Shown: positions 1 through 12,917 of the stretch, one piece after another
Numbering within the stretch: the stretch's first letter is position 1
Layout of the letters: each line of letters opens with the position of its first letter
From: Hydrolagus colliei
Lineage: Eukaryota
Length of the DNA: 64,000 nucleotides
NCBI GenBank assembly: GCA_035084275.1
Contig: CM068751.1
Span: 2,232,001-2,296,000, forward strand
Direction: 5' to 3'
Program-made: the position numbers and the translations under genes
The notes under the pieces: generated by a model
Told to the model about the DNA's origin: nothing
Database searches by the model: none
The model's input: only the letters and a program-made list of their open reading frames with translations

Positions 1-3000
1 CTCAATGTCATGCCTATGCATTCCAGAGTCCACTTACAGATTAATTTATTATAGATTGTAATCGGTTTATTTGTTCTCTTCTAGGCTTTAATCTATCTTG
101 AAATTTATTTGGGTTTCCTGGAAAGATTATGAACCTGGAGAACTGTGTCATGGTTTGAGTGCTGACCTGAGAGACATGTGAGAGCTTATCCCTTCTCACG
201 TCCTGAGTCGTTTCTGTCAGACCAATTCTTCACAATTCTCATTTTCTGAGCAGAAATCTAAAACTTGGATTAACCTGAATTCGTCTAAAATTGGACTGAA
301 TAAATAAAAAAATTGATCTTATCCTTATAAGAAGATTACCTGAACAAGAACATTTCCAATTTTCCCAGCTGGTGACCGGTTCATAGCCTTATCAAAGCAT
401 TTGATTTACGATATGATTTAAGTCACGATTTACAAGAAGGCATAGGTGAGAGCTTATGAAGGCATGAGGAGAATTGGACTGGCTTTGAATGGGATCCATA
501 TCCTACCATTGTTCAATACAACTTACTAAGGGTCTGACACCGAGGAAGATAATTTTCCATTTCTCACTTAAATGAAATGTAATTATACAGTAGTGCAATA
601 TGTAAATGTTACCCATTCCAAATGCTTCCAAATGGCTAATTGCCTTAGTCAATAATAATAATCTTAGCATTTTATATTCTGCCATATCATGTTGTTAATT
701 ATTGATTATCAGTGCTGGTTAATGATGGTGGTGATAGTTTCACAAAATCAGTTTTATCGAATATACACCAACACTGGGGTAATGCAATGGAGCAGAGAAA
801 GATTCATGGACAAGCTGTTGTGGCTCACCTCTCAATAGCTGCCTGAAGAGCAGCTTTGTCAGCAGCCTTAGTGAAGGTTGCCTTCACAGACTCTCAATGA
901 GGCATATAAAACTTATTCACAGTCAGAACACTGTATCCTAATTAGTGCCTAAAATAATTCTGAGCTTTGTTCTCAAAGATCACTAGATCTGGGCAAAGGT
1001 TATCATTGTCTTGCTAGACATTGTAGCATCAGACATGGACTGTGGAGGCAGTATTTAGTCTGTGTAGTCTGTATTTAGTATTTGAAAAATGCCTTGTCTG
1101 ATAATTGGTAGATCATAATGTTTTGCAATATTATATCCCAAAATAAAAATGTTGAGATAGAAAGTATGAATTGTCGTTATCAGGAAAAGTCCTGTGGATT
1201 TGGGCAGAATTCATATTTTGGTTTGGCTCAGAGATCTGCTTATATGAAAGCATTAAATAGGGGTAAATGTTTGATTTTTCAAATTGCCTACTGTTAGTAA
1301 CAAGGCCACCCAAACATGTTTGTGTCTGATTCCTTTTGGGTCTGTTTATTTCTGTTCTAGTTTCAGCGACTGCTAACGTCCTCCGTGAAAGGCACTATGC
1401 AAACGTAATTTGTTGTCCTTGCATACACGCTTACTTTGTAACTGTTTCATTACATTTCCATTGGAAATGCTCAGAAAGACACCACCAAAAACATCAGTTT
1501 CTGAGTTTTACTTTTCTATTCCATACACCAGCCATCTTAATGGTTCATCGGTGACAGTGACAGTTTATATCAATTTAAACCTACTTTACACTGTGGACTC
1601 ATACCAGCTGAGGCTGTCGGTGAAGATGTCCCAAACTAATTTCAAGTTAAAGACTGTATTGTCAGCAGAGAGACTAGACATATGTTAACCTATAAAGCGA
1701 ATCCAGTTCCTTCTTATGAAATCAGAATTTCTGGTTTGGACTGTAACCTTGTGCACAGGCTTTCTAATAGTGAATTCTCTGATATTATACCACAATATAA
1801 ACAGAGTTTATAGCTTTGCAGAATCTGGTGATCAACATTTCTGCAGGTATATCAATGGTGCATCCTCCCAATGTGAAAGGCGCGATATAAATATATTGTT
1901 GTTGTTGGTGGTGGTGGCAATTAAACCCCTTCAGCCGATGAATTAAATAGCTGACAAATTCAAAAGCTATTCACTGCTCTCCAAAGCAATCAGTGTAATG
2001 ATTAAATGGATACTGTTGTCATGACATTATTTGACAAATCTTCCCTTTCCTGTCTTAGGGATAGCAAACAAGTCATGCATCATATTCGTCAAATTGATCT
2101 CAATTGCAAGTAACACAATGATGAGTGTCAAGGCAATTTGTAACACTGTATTGAGTGTTTGTTAAGGTTAATATGCTTGTTCATAAAGAAGATGAGTTTT
2201 AAATGTTTTATTTCAGGTGCATTAGTTAAATTACCACATGCTGAGGAAGAAGCTAAAGATTATGTTTCAAGCATAGGATTTCAGTCATGGACACAAGCAC
2301 ACCAGAACTACTTGACTGCATTTGAAGTCTGATAACCTTCTTGCGTGCCTATTATTCTATAAATCATGATTATTAATATTCAGGTCCATTATCTGTAATA
2401 CTGAAACCAATTGGCTGTAAGGTCTGAAGATGAGATTGGGTGACAAAATTGCATTATTTCTGGTATTCAGCCCAGTTTCAGGGAAATCCTACTTTGTCTT
2501 CTGTAGGCATTTTTCAAGGTCAAAGGACAAGGTTTAGACATTCGCAAAAGTATCTGATACTAAATAGTTATGAAAAATGTCAGCGATCAACTTTAATGCC
2601 TGTGGCAAACTTCTGCAACAATGTCTGAAAATCATTCCAAAGCAGATGGGTAGAACATGACCAAGCATTAATAGGATTCCAGAGATTTATTAAATGTGAA
2701 CTGGATGACAGCTCCATTAAACTATACATTCTTAAAGGCCGGGTTCAGTCTTTGTTTATGACATAGTTGTTCTTTGTAACATACAAAAACAATGACTTTT
2801 ATTAATATTTCTGCCACCTGTGTTGTGGAACAGTGGAAGAAGCACAATTTTTTGAATACATTTGTTATTCAGTTGTAACTCATTTGGAATTTATTTAATT
2901 ATGGGGAAAAATTGTTCAAGACACTATTCTTCCACAAAAAAATCTGAGCGAGTACTCAGAAAATTTGTATTTTAATACTTTGAATAGGTTTATTCTGAAG

Positions 3001-3280
3001 GTTTAACCCTGTGGTTCATTGGCACATATTCTAAAGTGTCTGCCAGGAATGATGCATATTTGAATAAACGTGCTATTTGCCATTATTACTTATTCCTACC
3101 AAAAAAGGAATTTAAACCAACACCAGCCCAGGAAACTGTTTGAGTTGGGCCTGGGCCTTGATTTGTAACTCAATTTTCTGTTCACAAGATTCTCCAAACA
3201 ATGGATACAGTCAGAGGAGTATACATTCTTCTAAGACACAAATATCTCATAAGACGGAATTTATCCCATTCATCTGAGTG

Positions 3281-3645
3281 AACAACAACGACAACAATGA
3301 ATTTCATTTTTGAAGCACCCTATAGGCAGGGTAGCGTTCCAGTGGTGGAGCACAACGCTGAAGAGGAAGCTCTTTAGGCACAACCTGAAAATGAGGAAGG
3401 GGCTAGGTGGAGGATAGAGGAGTAGTGTTTACAGAGAGTTACAGAGTTTGGGGTGTAGTGGGTGAAAGTGCGGCCACCGATGGTGGAATGAAGGGCACGA
3501 GGGAGTGGAGGGGTAGAGGACTGGGAAGTAAGCAGGTTAGAGAGGTAGGGAGGTGCCAGGGCAAGAAGGGATTTGAAGATGAGTGTGAGGATCTTGAAAT
3601 CGATCCATTCAGTAATACAGAGCAAATGAAGCCTGGCTAGAACTT
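3281..3645 (-). mobile_element. L2-clade LINE 3' fragment (degraded)
   Basis: Minus frame LARLHLL..IDFKILTLIFKSL..LAPPYLSNLL..IGGRTF is typical of the L2 ORF2 C-terminus; (AAC)n tail at ~3281-3298. Confidence 0.85.
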
Positions 3646-4254
3646 GTCTGATGGGAATACAGCTCAACAAAAATCAGATATTCAATGTCTTTCACTTGTT
3701 GAATAAATGAGAAATTCTGTAGTTTACTGCAGAGTATATCCAAACATCTCCAAAGTCAAAATGACCAGGTTTCCAACTGTCACCAGAGGAGAAATAGACA
3801 TGCCTAAAGTAGGATGGGTTAGATATGCCAAATATGTGATGAATTTCACAGCTTGTAAGCTTCACTGCTGTGAAATTTAACAGCAACCAGCAAGTACAAG
3901 ATGAGCCTTAACATGGCAGCAGTGCAGAGTTCCAGACTGAATCCTCTTTTAAAAAGAATTACTTCTGCATCCATTCATTGGAATGTTTTAAATGAAGGTG
4001 TATTCTAACCCTTGTTTATCTCTGAAATTTACATTTGGAATCGACTTGAGATAGCTACAGGGTCAGTCATGTGTAAGAAGGAATAGCCATAATTTACCAT
4101 TATTAACAGTTCAGTAGTTCATCTCTGGATTTCTGGTCATATCTGAAACATCAATCTTATTATTATTATAAATGTGAGGCTGGCAGGTTTGCTATGCATT
4201 TCTGCTTTTGTTTCAGATTTCCTGCTGCCACAGTTTTGTTTTACTTCTACCAAC

Positions 4255-4705
4255 AGGGACTTCAGCTATGAGGAGAGGCTAGATAGGCTAGGGTTATTCT
4301 CTCTGGAACAGAGAAGATTGAGGGGAGACCTAATAGAGGTTTATAAGATCATGAGGGGTTTCGACAGGGCAAATAGAGAAAAACTATTTCCACTCGTGGG
4401 CGAATCTGTGACTCGTGGTCACAGATTTGAAATAGTTTCAAAGCGAAGTAGAGGGGAGCTGAGGAGAATTTTTTTCACTCAGCGAGTTGTTCGAATCTGG
4501 AATGCATTGCCTGAAAAGGTGGTGGAGGCTGATTCGATAACAACTTATAAAAGGGAATTAGATCTTTATTTAGGGAGAACAGGTCTATTAGGCTATGGGG
4601 AGAGAGCGGAGCAGTGGGATTGAATCGCTCTTTTCAAAGAGCTGGCACAGACTAGATGGGCCGAATGGCCTCCTTTTCTGCTGTAAAATTCTATGAATCT
4701 ATGAA
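4255..4705 (+). mobile_element. CR1 LINE, 5'-truncated young copy
   Basis: SYEERLDRLGLFSLEQRRLRGDLIEVYKI...WNALP C-terminus, 3'UTR and ATTCTATGAATCTATGAA tail. About 97% identical by eye to 29293-29745. Possible AACAGG target-site duplication (TSD). Confidence 0.95.
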
Positions 4706-5004
4706 AAACAGGATTATTTAGCTGATAGCGTTGATGCATTGTGTTTGCCTTGGACAATATTTCCTACAATAAAACCCAAGAACAAGAAGGCGCTGAAAGT
4801 TAGTTAGAAATTATGCAGTGAGCCAACATATACTGTATCACGTGAAAGGATATCTGTTTTAAAGGGATAGTCTGAACGAAAAGGTATATATTTAAAAAAC
4901 TCTCCATGGTTTTAATCTCTCGTAGTCTGGAATTATTTTATTTTAAATTGCTTTATTACTGATGCCCCAGTTTTTTTTTTAACCTTTGTTTAAATAGGTT
5001 TCAA

Positions 5005-5415
5005 CCTGGTGCAGTTGGGGGCACTCTCACCTCTGAGTCAGAATATAATGAGTTTGAATCCCCACATTGGGACTTTGAACTCACCATCGAGTCTGACACT
5101 CAGACGCATTTCCGTTGTTGGAGATGCCATCCTTCAGATGAGATGTGACACTAATTTTCCATCTTCCTGTTCAAGTGAATGCTAAAAAAATTCCAGAGCG
5201 CCATTTGAAAAGAGAAAAGAGTTCCTCCTGATATCACGGCCTCAAATCCTTCAGATAACATTTAGCCACTGACTTCACAAGTGGTCGTGTGACGCTGCAT
5301 TGTGAAATTGGCTGCTGCATTTCCTTACAAAAAAATGTCCGGTCACCATTCCATAGAAAGTCTGGTGAGGATCTGTGACATTTGGATGGTGTGATACGTA
5401 CCATGTAAAATAAAA
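5005..5415 (+). mobile_element. Deu-domain SINE (SacSINE1/AmnSINE1-like), degraded
   Basis: tRNA-like head (cactctcacctctgagtcagaa...gagtttgaatcccca), then Deu-like core (ggagatgccatccttcagatgagatg...ccatttgaaaagagaaaagagttcctcctg) and an L2-like tail. Confidence 0.7.
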
Positions 5416-7127
5416 CCAAATTACATTATTATTTGATAAGACGAATGTAGGTGATACTTCTTTCAATGTGTATTCTCCTGACATCACTGAAAGTGGATCT
5501 GAATAATTTGGTGTTAATTATTCACATAGATCAAACCCATCTTTTTTTTACTGATTTCATTAGTTTTCTTACCAATCTCCACTGACTCAGTGTTTCTCAA
5601 ATGATCAGTTTCGACAGATTCCAGTGTCCTGGCCAACAATCCCCCAAATCAAATTTGTCATTGTTTATGGCATTTTTTTTGTACAAATGCTGCTGCTTTT
5701 ACCAACAAAATATAGTCATTACAATTCACATTAAATCTTGTGAAACAATTTGAGACGTTCTAATGTGAAAGGAGTTATTTTGAATGCAAGGATTATTACA
5801 ATGATTATTATTATTGATAGCACTGTAAAGGCATCAATCAAGGTCTGAGCTTGATGGGGTTTAGATGATGTGACCTGAAATATTCAGATCAAGGCCAATT
5901 TGCTCGTCCCTATCAGTTGTCATTCTGTTCTAGATGCACGGGACTCTGCTACGTGTGGAATAGAATGTCCCACCCCTATCATATTTGTTATGTTTTATCC
6001 AAGCTATCAATGCTGCATTTATAAAGAGACACTTGTCTTTTCTCGTTTGGGGCGATAAAATGTACGTGTATCATTTTAATCCTAGTGTACGCAGCAAGGG
6101 CCAAAGGACACACTTTGCTACAGTTTGCAAAACATAAGATGCACCAGCGTGTAACTGTGAAGATGTTTTCTGCTTGAAACTGTACAGAAGATATTGTCTA
6201 AATTGCAGTGATTGATGATGGAATATTTTAGGAGGAACTCGGGAGCAACAAATGGAGGCAGTGTTAACTGGAAGCACACCACATCTGCAGTACCTCATAT
6301 GTTACAAGGAGGCACCTCACATTGTTCCAGATTGTGAAATATGTGACTCTTTGCGATTTGGAGTTGCTGTTAACTTCCATTACAGAAAGCTGCGATATTG
6401 AAACTGGTGTCATTACCATTGTCCTTTCCATGAGTTCCTATGCAACACTTGTAGTTAAAACAATTGAAGCATTTCCCATAAGATTTTGTAAGCTTTGTTT
6501 TACAACACTAGAGATCATAGCATTTTGAACTGGATACAGTATTCAGCAATCTGGTTTTGTAAGAGTTTGCAAGTGTCTATCAGTGAGGATGGGAATTCAC
6601 TACAATCGTATGATGTGCTTTTTATCCAATAGCTCAACTTATGAAATGAAACTGGCATTAAAATTTATGGCAACTGTATACTTTTCAAACTGAAGAGTGC
6701 GATGAAAATAAAGATATGGAGCCAGGGAAGAATTTGAATTAAGCATGTAGTCTCCATTTTAAAAAGATCCAATAATGCATGTTTAAAATTCATTAAATTC
6801 ACTCCCGTAAGGCGATATTAATGAAATTATGGGTAAAATGGGATTTTCTCAGAATTTATGAGCTGGGTGCTTGACTGTGCTTTAGAATAGAGAAGGTCGA
6901 AGCTTCTGTTCAACAATAGTCATCCTTACCCTGTATTCACTAACCCAATTGCAGATGAACACCCTCTTTTAGAAGGTACGCACCTCACTAAATTATGCAC
7001 TTATTAAAGAAACAGCATGGCCATAAAAGGGACAGTCTCCTCAGACTGAATTTTAAGATTAATGGGTCTGACTCCCAAATACTGTACTCAAGGTCAGTCA
7101 ATATCACAGAGAGGAAGCTGTCCTTAC

Positions 7128-7293
7128 CAGAAGCAGAGTGCAGACTCTCCAGGCTCCAGTACCTCGACAGGACTCCTCTAAAGCCATAACTGCTGTCAGA
7201 CTCTGAACCAGGAGACAGCCCTGAACTGCCACTGCTACTGTAGCTGCCTGCTGTGTGTGGCCCGCTCGGCTCGCCACATTGTTGGGTCCTCAT
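7128..7293 (-). CDS. ARHGEF4: Alternative first coding exon of a short ARHGEF4 isoform (MRTQQCGEPS...WSLESLHSAS)
   Basis: ATG at 7293, 55 codons plus 1 nt, then donor CTG|GTAAGG. Phase 1, the same as the 12782 donor, so both could use the same downstream acceptor. Set in non-repetitive, GC-richer sequence. Confidence 0.7.
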
Positions 7294-8764
7294 GCAGAAA
7301 GACAGGCTGGCGAGGGCTCCCTCTTTGCTGTGTTCAAGTCAACCCCGAGCCTGCGTCTGTATGTAAATGTGTCTGTGGATGTATTGCAGTCAGCGTTTGG
7401 TGTGTGTGGTACCTGCTGCTGCCTGGTGATGGACTGTCTGCAGATTGTTCAGTGAGCAGAGGCTGCATCACTCACATCCACAAACACAGTGACATCATGG
7501 GGCTCCTCTGAGGGGTATCTCTGAGCTGACACTACTGTAGTGCTTGTTAATCAGTCTACATGCAGAAGGAAAATTGTTGCCTTTTTAGGGGGAAAGGGAA
7601 CCAACGCTCTCAAAGTGATTATCTATCGATATAGTTTGATGGTACATGTGTAATGGATTATTAATTTTGAAAAAAAATTTTGTAGTCTTAAAGGTGATGA
7701 GGATTTATTTTATGGCGTGAGGACGGGAAGGGTACAGCCTTTACAATTTTCTTAAATGATTTATTTTACTTTCCCTGCTCTTTGGGCCTTCAACATGACT
7801 ATCACAGCTCCCCAGGCCTAGATGTTTGCTGAAATGCTCGAATATGCTGACACAGTCTAAAAGAGGAATCTTACATCAGAGTGTGGGAGGAAGGATCGCT
7901 TCACTGTGCAAAATCATCAGAATCTCATTTTTCACTACATTAAGATAGCAAATCACTCTCTCCCAGGAAAAGCCTCACACCTCCCAAGTTATTTAAGAAT
8001 AATTAAGAGCAAGTGACCAGAGCCAGACAGCAATATCAATGGCAAGCTATGCCATTGATAATTAACCAGTAGAGATTGTAATAATTGTTGCTTTTACTAT
8101 AGCTCCTCTAGCATCTGCTTACTTTTGATTTTAGCCTCTTCACTGTCACTGCTTTTGTTGGAATTGCTTTCAAAGAAAATGTGTTCATTTTACATTTTGC
8201 TGGATGTAATAATGGTATAGCTTGTTCAACTGGTCATCACAATCAGAGATTGGCAGATCAGGGAATTCAGTGGCATTTGAAAACCATGAGGGTGAAGCTG
8301 GAATAATAGTGCAGCTAAACCCTGGTATTAGATTCCATCTTTGAAATAACTCCTGGATATGTACTATCATTTATAATAAATGGGATGGAGTTGATGCGCA
8401 GGTTTATTCTCTTTATTGCCAGCAATAAACTGGCATTTAGCTAAAGCTAATGAGCTCTGGTGCCTCTACAATGTGAGGGCGTCCACAATTAATGAAACCA
8501 TTCTGAACAATAGCCAAGAGTTGATTGACAGATAAAAATGACCAGGAAAATATCGGGGCATTTATATACAGTATTATGAAATAAATGTACTTTAATCATG
8601 CATACAATTTTCAGCGTTCATTCGGTCAGTTCACTCGCATACTATAATGAGTCTGGAATAAATCCCACCTGGCAAATTTTAAACATTTATGCAAAACAGA
8701 ATTTGAGGATGACTTGTATTTCGGTGACCCTCAGTGGTGAAAATGGAACATAGCATATTTACTG

Positions 8765-9060
8765 TAGAATTGTAGAAATGTTCAACGGAAAAGGGGTTTC
8801 ATACAGCCCATTTCTCTGTCAACATTTGGTCCTTCAAGAAGCAATTCAGCCCAACCATAATTACCTGCTCATTACCTGTACCTTCTAATATCCTTCTTCA
8901 GCATGTGTCTGACAAATTCTCTCTTAAATTATCCCAATGGCTCGCATGTAATTGCCACCCTGGCAAATCATTCCATACTGTAGCAACCCTCAGGGAGAAA
9001 AACTTATTTCTAACCTCTCGTTTTACTTCCCTAGACACAGTCTAGAATCCCCTTGAATCC
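8765..9060 (-). mobile_element. Old CR1 3' remnant
   Basis: Reverse complement of CR1 3'UTR/ORF2 end (tagaaatgttcaacggaaaagg...cagccca...ttccatactgtagcaaccctc). Confidence 0.55.
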
Positions 9061-9206
9061 ATAAAAATAAATAGAATGATACAGCATAAAAACAGACCAA
9101 ACATTCCGCGATAGTGCTTGAACTCCACATAAACTTCCATTCCTCCTAATTCCCTCACCCATTCTCTAATTCTTTCAAAAGCTTTCCATTACCTTTCACG
9201 ACTCTA

Positions 9207-11975
9207 CAACAACAACAACAACAATAACTTTGATTTATATAGCGCCCTCCACGCCAGGCGGCATCTCTGAGAGCTTCACAACAACAGATCCCGGGACCGA
9301 GCCAGGGTAGAAAGGTGACCGAAGACACGGTCAAAGAGAAAGGTCTTTAGCTGGGATCTGAAACTGGGAAGAGAGGGGGTGAGGCGAACATAGTGAGAAA
9401 GGGAGTTCCAGAGCCTCGGGACCTAGTGGCTGAAGCCATGGTCACCAATCTTGGAGCGGAGGCTTTGGGGGACATGGAGGGGATCAGACCCGGTGGAGCG
9501 AAGGCAATGGGTGCTGGTTTGGGGAGAGAGGAGGTCGGAGAGGTAGTGGGGTGTAGAGGAGTGGAAGGATTTGAAAACAAGGGTGAGGATCTTGAAATCG
9601 ATCCTTTCTGGGACAGGGAGCCAGTGAAGTCTGGCAAGGACTGGAGTAATGGGGGAGCGAAGTTTGCTGCGGGTGAGAATGCAGGCGGTAGAGTTTTGAA
9701 TGAGTTGGATTTTATGGATTGTGGTGGAGGGGAGACGGATGAGGAGGGCATTGGAATAGTCCAGCCGAGAGGGGTGAGGTATTGCCGGAGACAGGCAGTC
9801 TGTCGGAGATGGAAAAAAGCAGTGCTGGTCAGGGACCGGATGTGGGGGAGGAAGGACATTTGGGGGTCGAACCTGATGCCAAGGTTGCACACAGGTTCGG
9901 AGAGTTATAGGGGCAGACTGGGAAGATGGAGGAGGTGAGAGCCGTGCAATTGGAAACGTTGATGAGAGCCAAAGAGTATGGCCTTCGTCTTGTCAACATT
10001 CAGCTGCAGGAAGTCCGCGCTCATCCAGCTCCTGATGTCTGACAGGCTGACAGAACATCAGGGATCAGGGGTCATAAAGTGAGGTGGAGAAATAGAGTTG
10101 GGTGTCATCCGCATACATGTGGAAGTGTGCCCCATGTCTGCGGATGACATCCCCAAGAGGGAGCGTGTAGCTGAGGAAGAGGAGGGGGCCAAGGATGGAT
10201 CCCTGGGGTACCCCACAGGGTGAGATCGGGAGGAAAAGCCGTTTGTGGAGATGTGCTGCTGGCGGTTTGTGAGGTAGGACTTGAACCAGGCGAGTGCGGT
10301 CCCAATGAGGTGGATGAAGGAGGACAGGCGGTGGAGGAGGATGGCATGGTCGACTGTGTTGAATGAAGTGGACAGGTCCAGGAGGATAAGAGAGCCCTGG
10401 TCACAGAGGACATCGTTTGTGACTTTCACAAGCGCAGTCTCTGTACTGTGGGCAGGGCGGAAACCGGACTTCGAGGAGTTCAAAAAGGGAGTGGGAGGAG
10501 AGGTGGGTGGAGTTGGTTGGCAACAACGCGTTCGAGTGCTTTGCCAAGGAAAGGCAGGTTAGAAATAGGGTGGTAGTGGCGAGGGTTTGAGGGATCCAGG
10601 GAAGGTTTTTTGAGGAGTGGGATGATGACAGCAGTTTTGAGTGGTGTGGGGACCGATCCTGTGGAGAGGGACTGGTTGATAATGTCGGCCAGCAGTGGGC
10701 AGAGGAGGGTGAGCTGGGTGAGCAGTAGGTTGGTGGGAAGGGGATCGAGGCAGCAGGTGGTGGGCTTCATTGCAGTGATGGTACGTGAGAGGGAGGAAAG
10801 AGAGATGGGGGAGAAGGAATATGGGAAGCGGGTCGTGGTCGGAGCTGATGACGGGGAAGGTGAGGGGGACGGAATGGAAGTGGTGGGTGACAAGAGGTAG
10901 GAGGATGACACTGCCTGGCGGATGTTTGGGTTTTGGAGGAGAAGAAGTCCATGACCTCCTCACACTTCGCATTTGAAGTGAAGATTGAGGAGGCCTGAGG
11001 GGGCACATGGAGGAGGTGGTGGGTGGTGGAAAAAAGAACTTTTGGGTTGTTTTTAGCCTCCAGGATGATATTTGAGTAATGGACATTTTTGCGCGCGACA
11101 AAGAACAGCGGTAACTGTGGAGATGCTGGAGCCACAGTTGGTAGTGAACCATCAGATCAGTTTTCTGCCACATTGCTCGAGCAGCCGGGTTTGGGATTTA
11201 AGGGAGCAGAGATGAGTGTTGTACCAGGGGGAGTGGGTGGGTTTGGAGATGGACCTGGATTTTAGGGGGATGAGAGAGTTGAAGGTGGAGGAGAGGCGAT
11301 CATGGAGCAGCTGGACAACTGCTTCAAGATCACTGTGGGTGGAAGGCCAGAGAAGTAGGAGGTCAGAGGATGTGAGAGCCTCTGTGAGGGTCCCAGGGCG
11401 GAGACTTTTTCATGGATGGAAAAGTACAGTTGAGGGCTTGGTGGAGGAGAGAGGGATGCGAGAGGAGAAGGAGATGAGAAAGTGGTCCGAGATGGCCTTG
11501 TCCGAGATGCTGAGGTCGGAAATGTCAAGGCCGTGGATGAAGACAAGGTCAAGAGATTGACCACAGTTATGGGTCAGTGAGTCGATGTGGAGGGTGAGGT
11601 TTAGGGAGGGGAGTGCAGTGAAATCGGAGGATGTGGTACAAATGGAGTTTAGGTGAAGGTTGAAGTCATCCATGATGAGCAGATGTTGAGAGTTGAGAGG
11701 AGAGGAAAGTGGAGATATCAGGGAGGAAGGAGCCAGGGGGTTTCGGAGGGTGGTAGAGCAGAAGAATTTTCAATGAGAGAGAAGGATGGTAGAGGGTGAG
11801 GTACTTGAAGGAGGGGAAACAGCCAGACGAATAGGGGGAAAGACCAAGGGAAGTTTTGGAGATGATGGCCACCCTCCCGCTGTGTTGGTTAGGGCGGGGT
11901 GGGGTGGTGGAAGGTGTAGCCTGGAGGAAAGGCCTCGACTGGAGAGACAGAGTCATTGGAGGAGAGCCAGGTTTC
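9207..11975 (-). mobile_element. L2 LINE, ~2.8 kb, frameshifted ORF2 (endonuclease + RT)
   Basis: Minus-strand fragments: LLYHPPKP and DFNLHLN..HNCGQSLDLVF (endonuclease), KPTTCCLDPLP, SGFRPAHSTETALVKVTND, LDLS..F.TVDH, SRLDYSNALL, LHWLPVPERIDFKIL. (AAC)n tail at 9207. Confidence 0.95.
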
Positions 11976-12781
11976 CTTAAGCCCAACATATCATTCCTCA
12001 TCCTTCTCTGCTCTGAACATTTTAGAGCAACTGGAATTTGGCTCACTGTTGAATTCAGTCTAAAACTGTGCAATTTGTAAAAGATTCTCCAGGAAAACAA
12101 CTTCAACATTAAGGGTTTCTTTAAGAATTTGCCAAATTCTATGATGCAATAAAATGCTTCATAAATCAAGTAAATCTAGAACCAGGTGGAGTTTCTACTC
12201 CTCTGTGATTCTACAACTATCAATGTAGAATATTTAATGAAAGAATATTACATTTCTCCATTCTGGTACCTATTTATTCATTAATTGTAACATGGTCCAA
12301 CAAAAATGATTGAAAGAAAATACCAAAATAATAATAATCCTTGCATTTTGATATAGCGCTTTTCACATCTTTTCAGCCGGATAAAATACTGTCATTTCAA
12401 CTGTTTAAGATCACAAACCAGGCATGGGAAAGGCTATGTGTAATTCTAAACATAAATTTGAACAAGCTAATTTTTTTGTGCAGAGTAAATTGTATAAGAC
12501 AATTAGAGGAAGAAATGGGAGGAAGAAAAGGGAGGAAGAAATCTGTGCAGTACTGATATCAGTTTACAGAAAGACACTTAAAAATACCTACTAACTGTTA
12601 GAATCCTCATACCGATATGTCAAATTTATGCCTGCAAGACTTCACAGTGTTTGATTTACTAATGTTTATTCAACTAGTAGGTGCTATCACTTGGTGCTTT
12701 ATAGCACTGGGTTACATCACAAATTTAGTAGAGTTCTGTTGAAATTGGATTGCCCCCATCACCATAAATAGTGTTACATAC

Positions 12782-12917
12782 CAGGTACTGTCATCCGCTG
12801 TTTGAACCCTATACAGTCCAGCCCTGTTGGTGTGCTCCTGGAGGAGCTGAGAAACCTCAGGGGAATGTCGCTGAAGTTAGCAGAAAGAGGTGACATGAAG
12901 GAAAATGTCATTCCCAC
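12782..12917 (-). CDS. ARHGEF4: ARHGEF4 internal exon (VGMTFSFMSP...SRSTPTGLDCIGFKQRMTVP)
   Basis: Not in the ORF track; read manually. Acceptor tttatcctgtttgtag|GTG, donor CTG|GTATGT, 136 nt, phase 0/1. STPTGLDCIG matches the recalled Asef-family motif SQS(A/T)P(T/I)GL(N/D)xxG. Confidence 0.87.

Noticed and set aside
1-7000. Downstream ARHGEF4 exons (APC-binding region, SH3, DH, PH)
   Set aside because: No matching peptides or splice-bounded frames found by eye; they probably lie outside the window.
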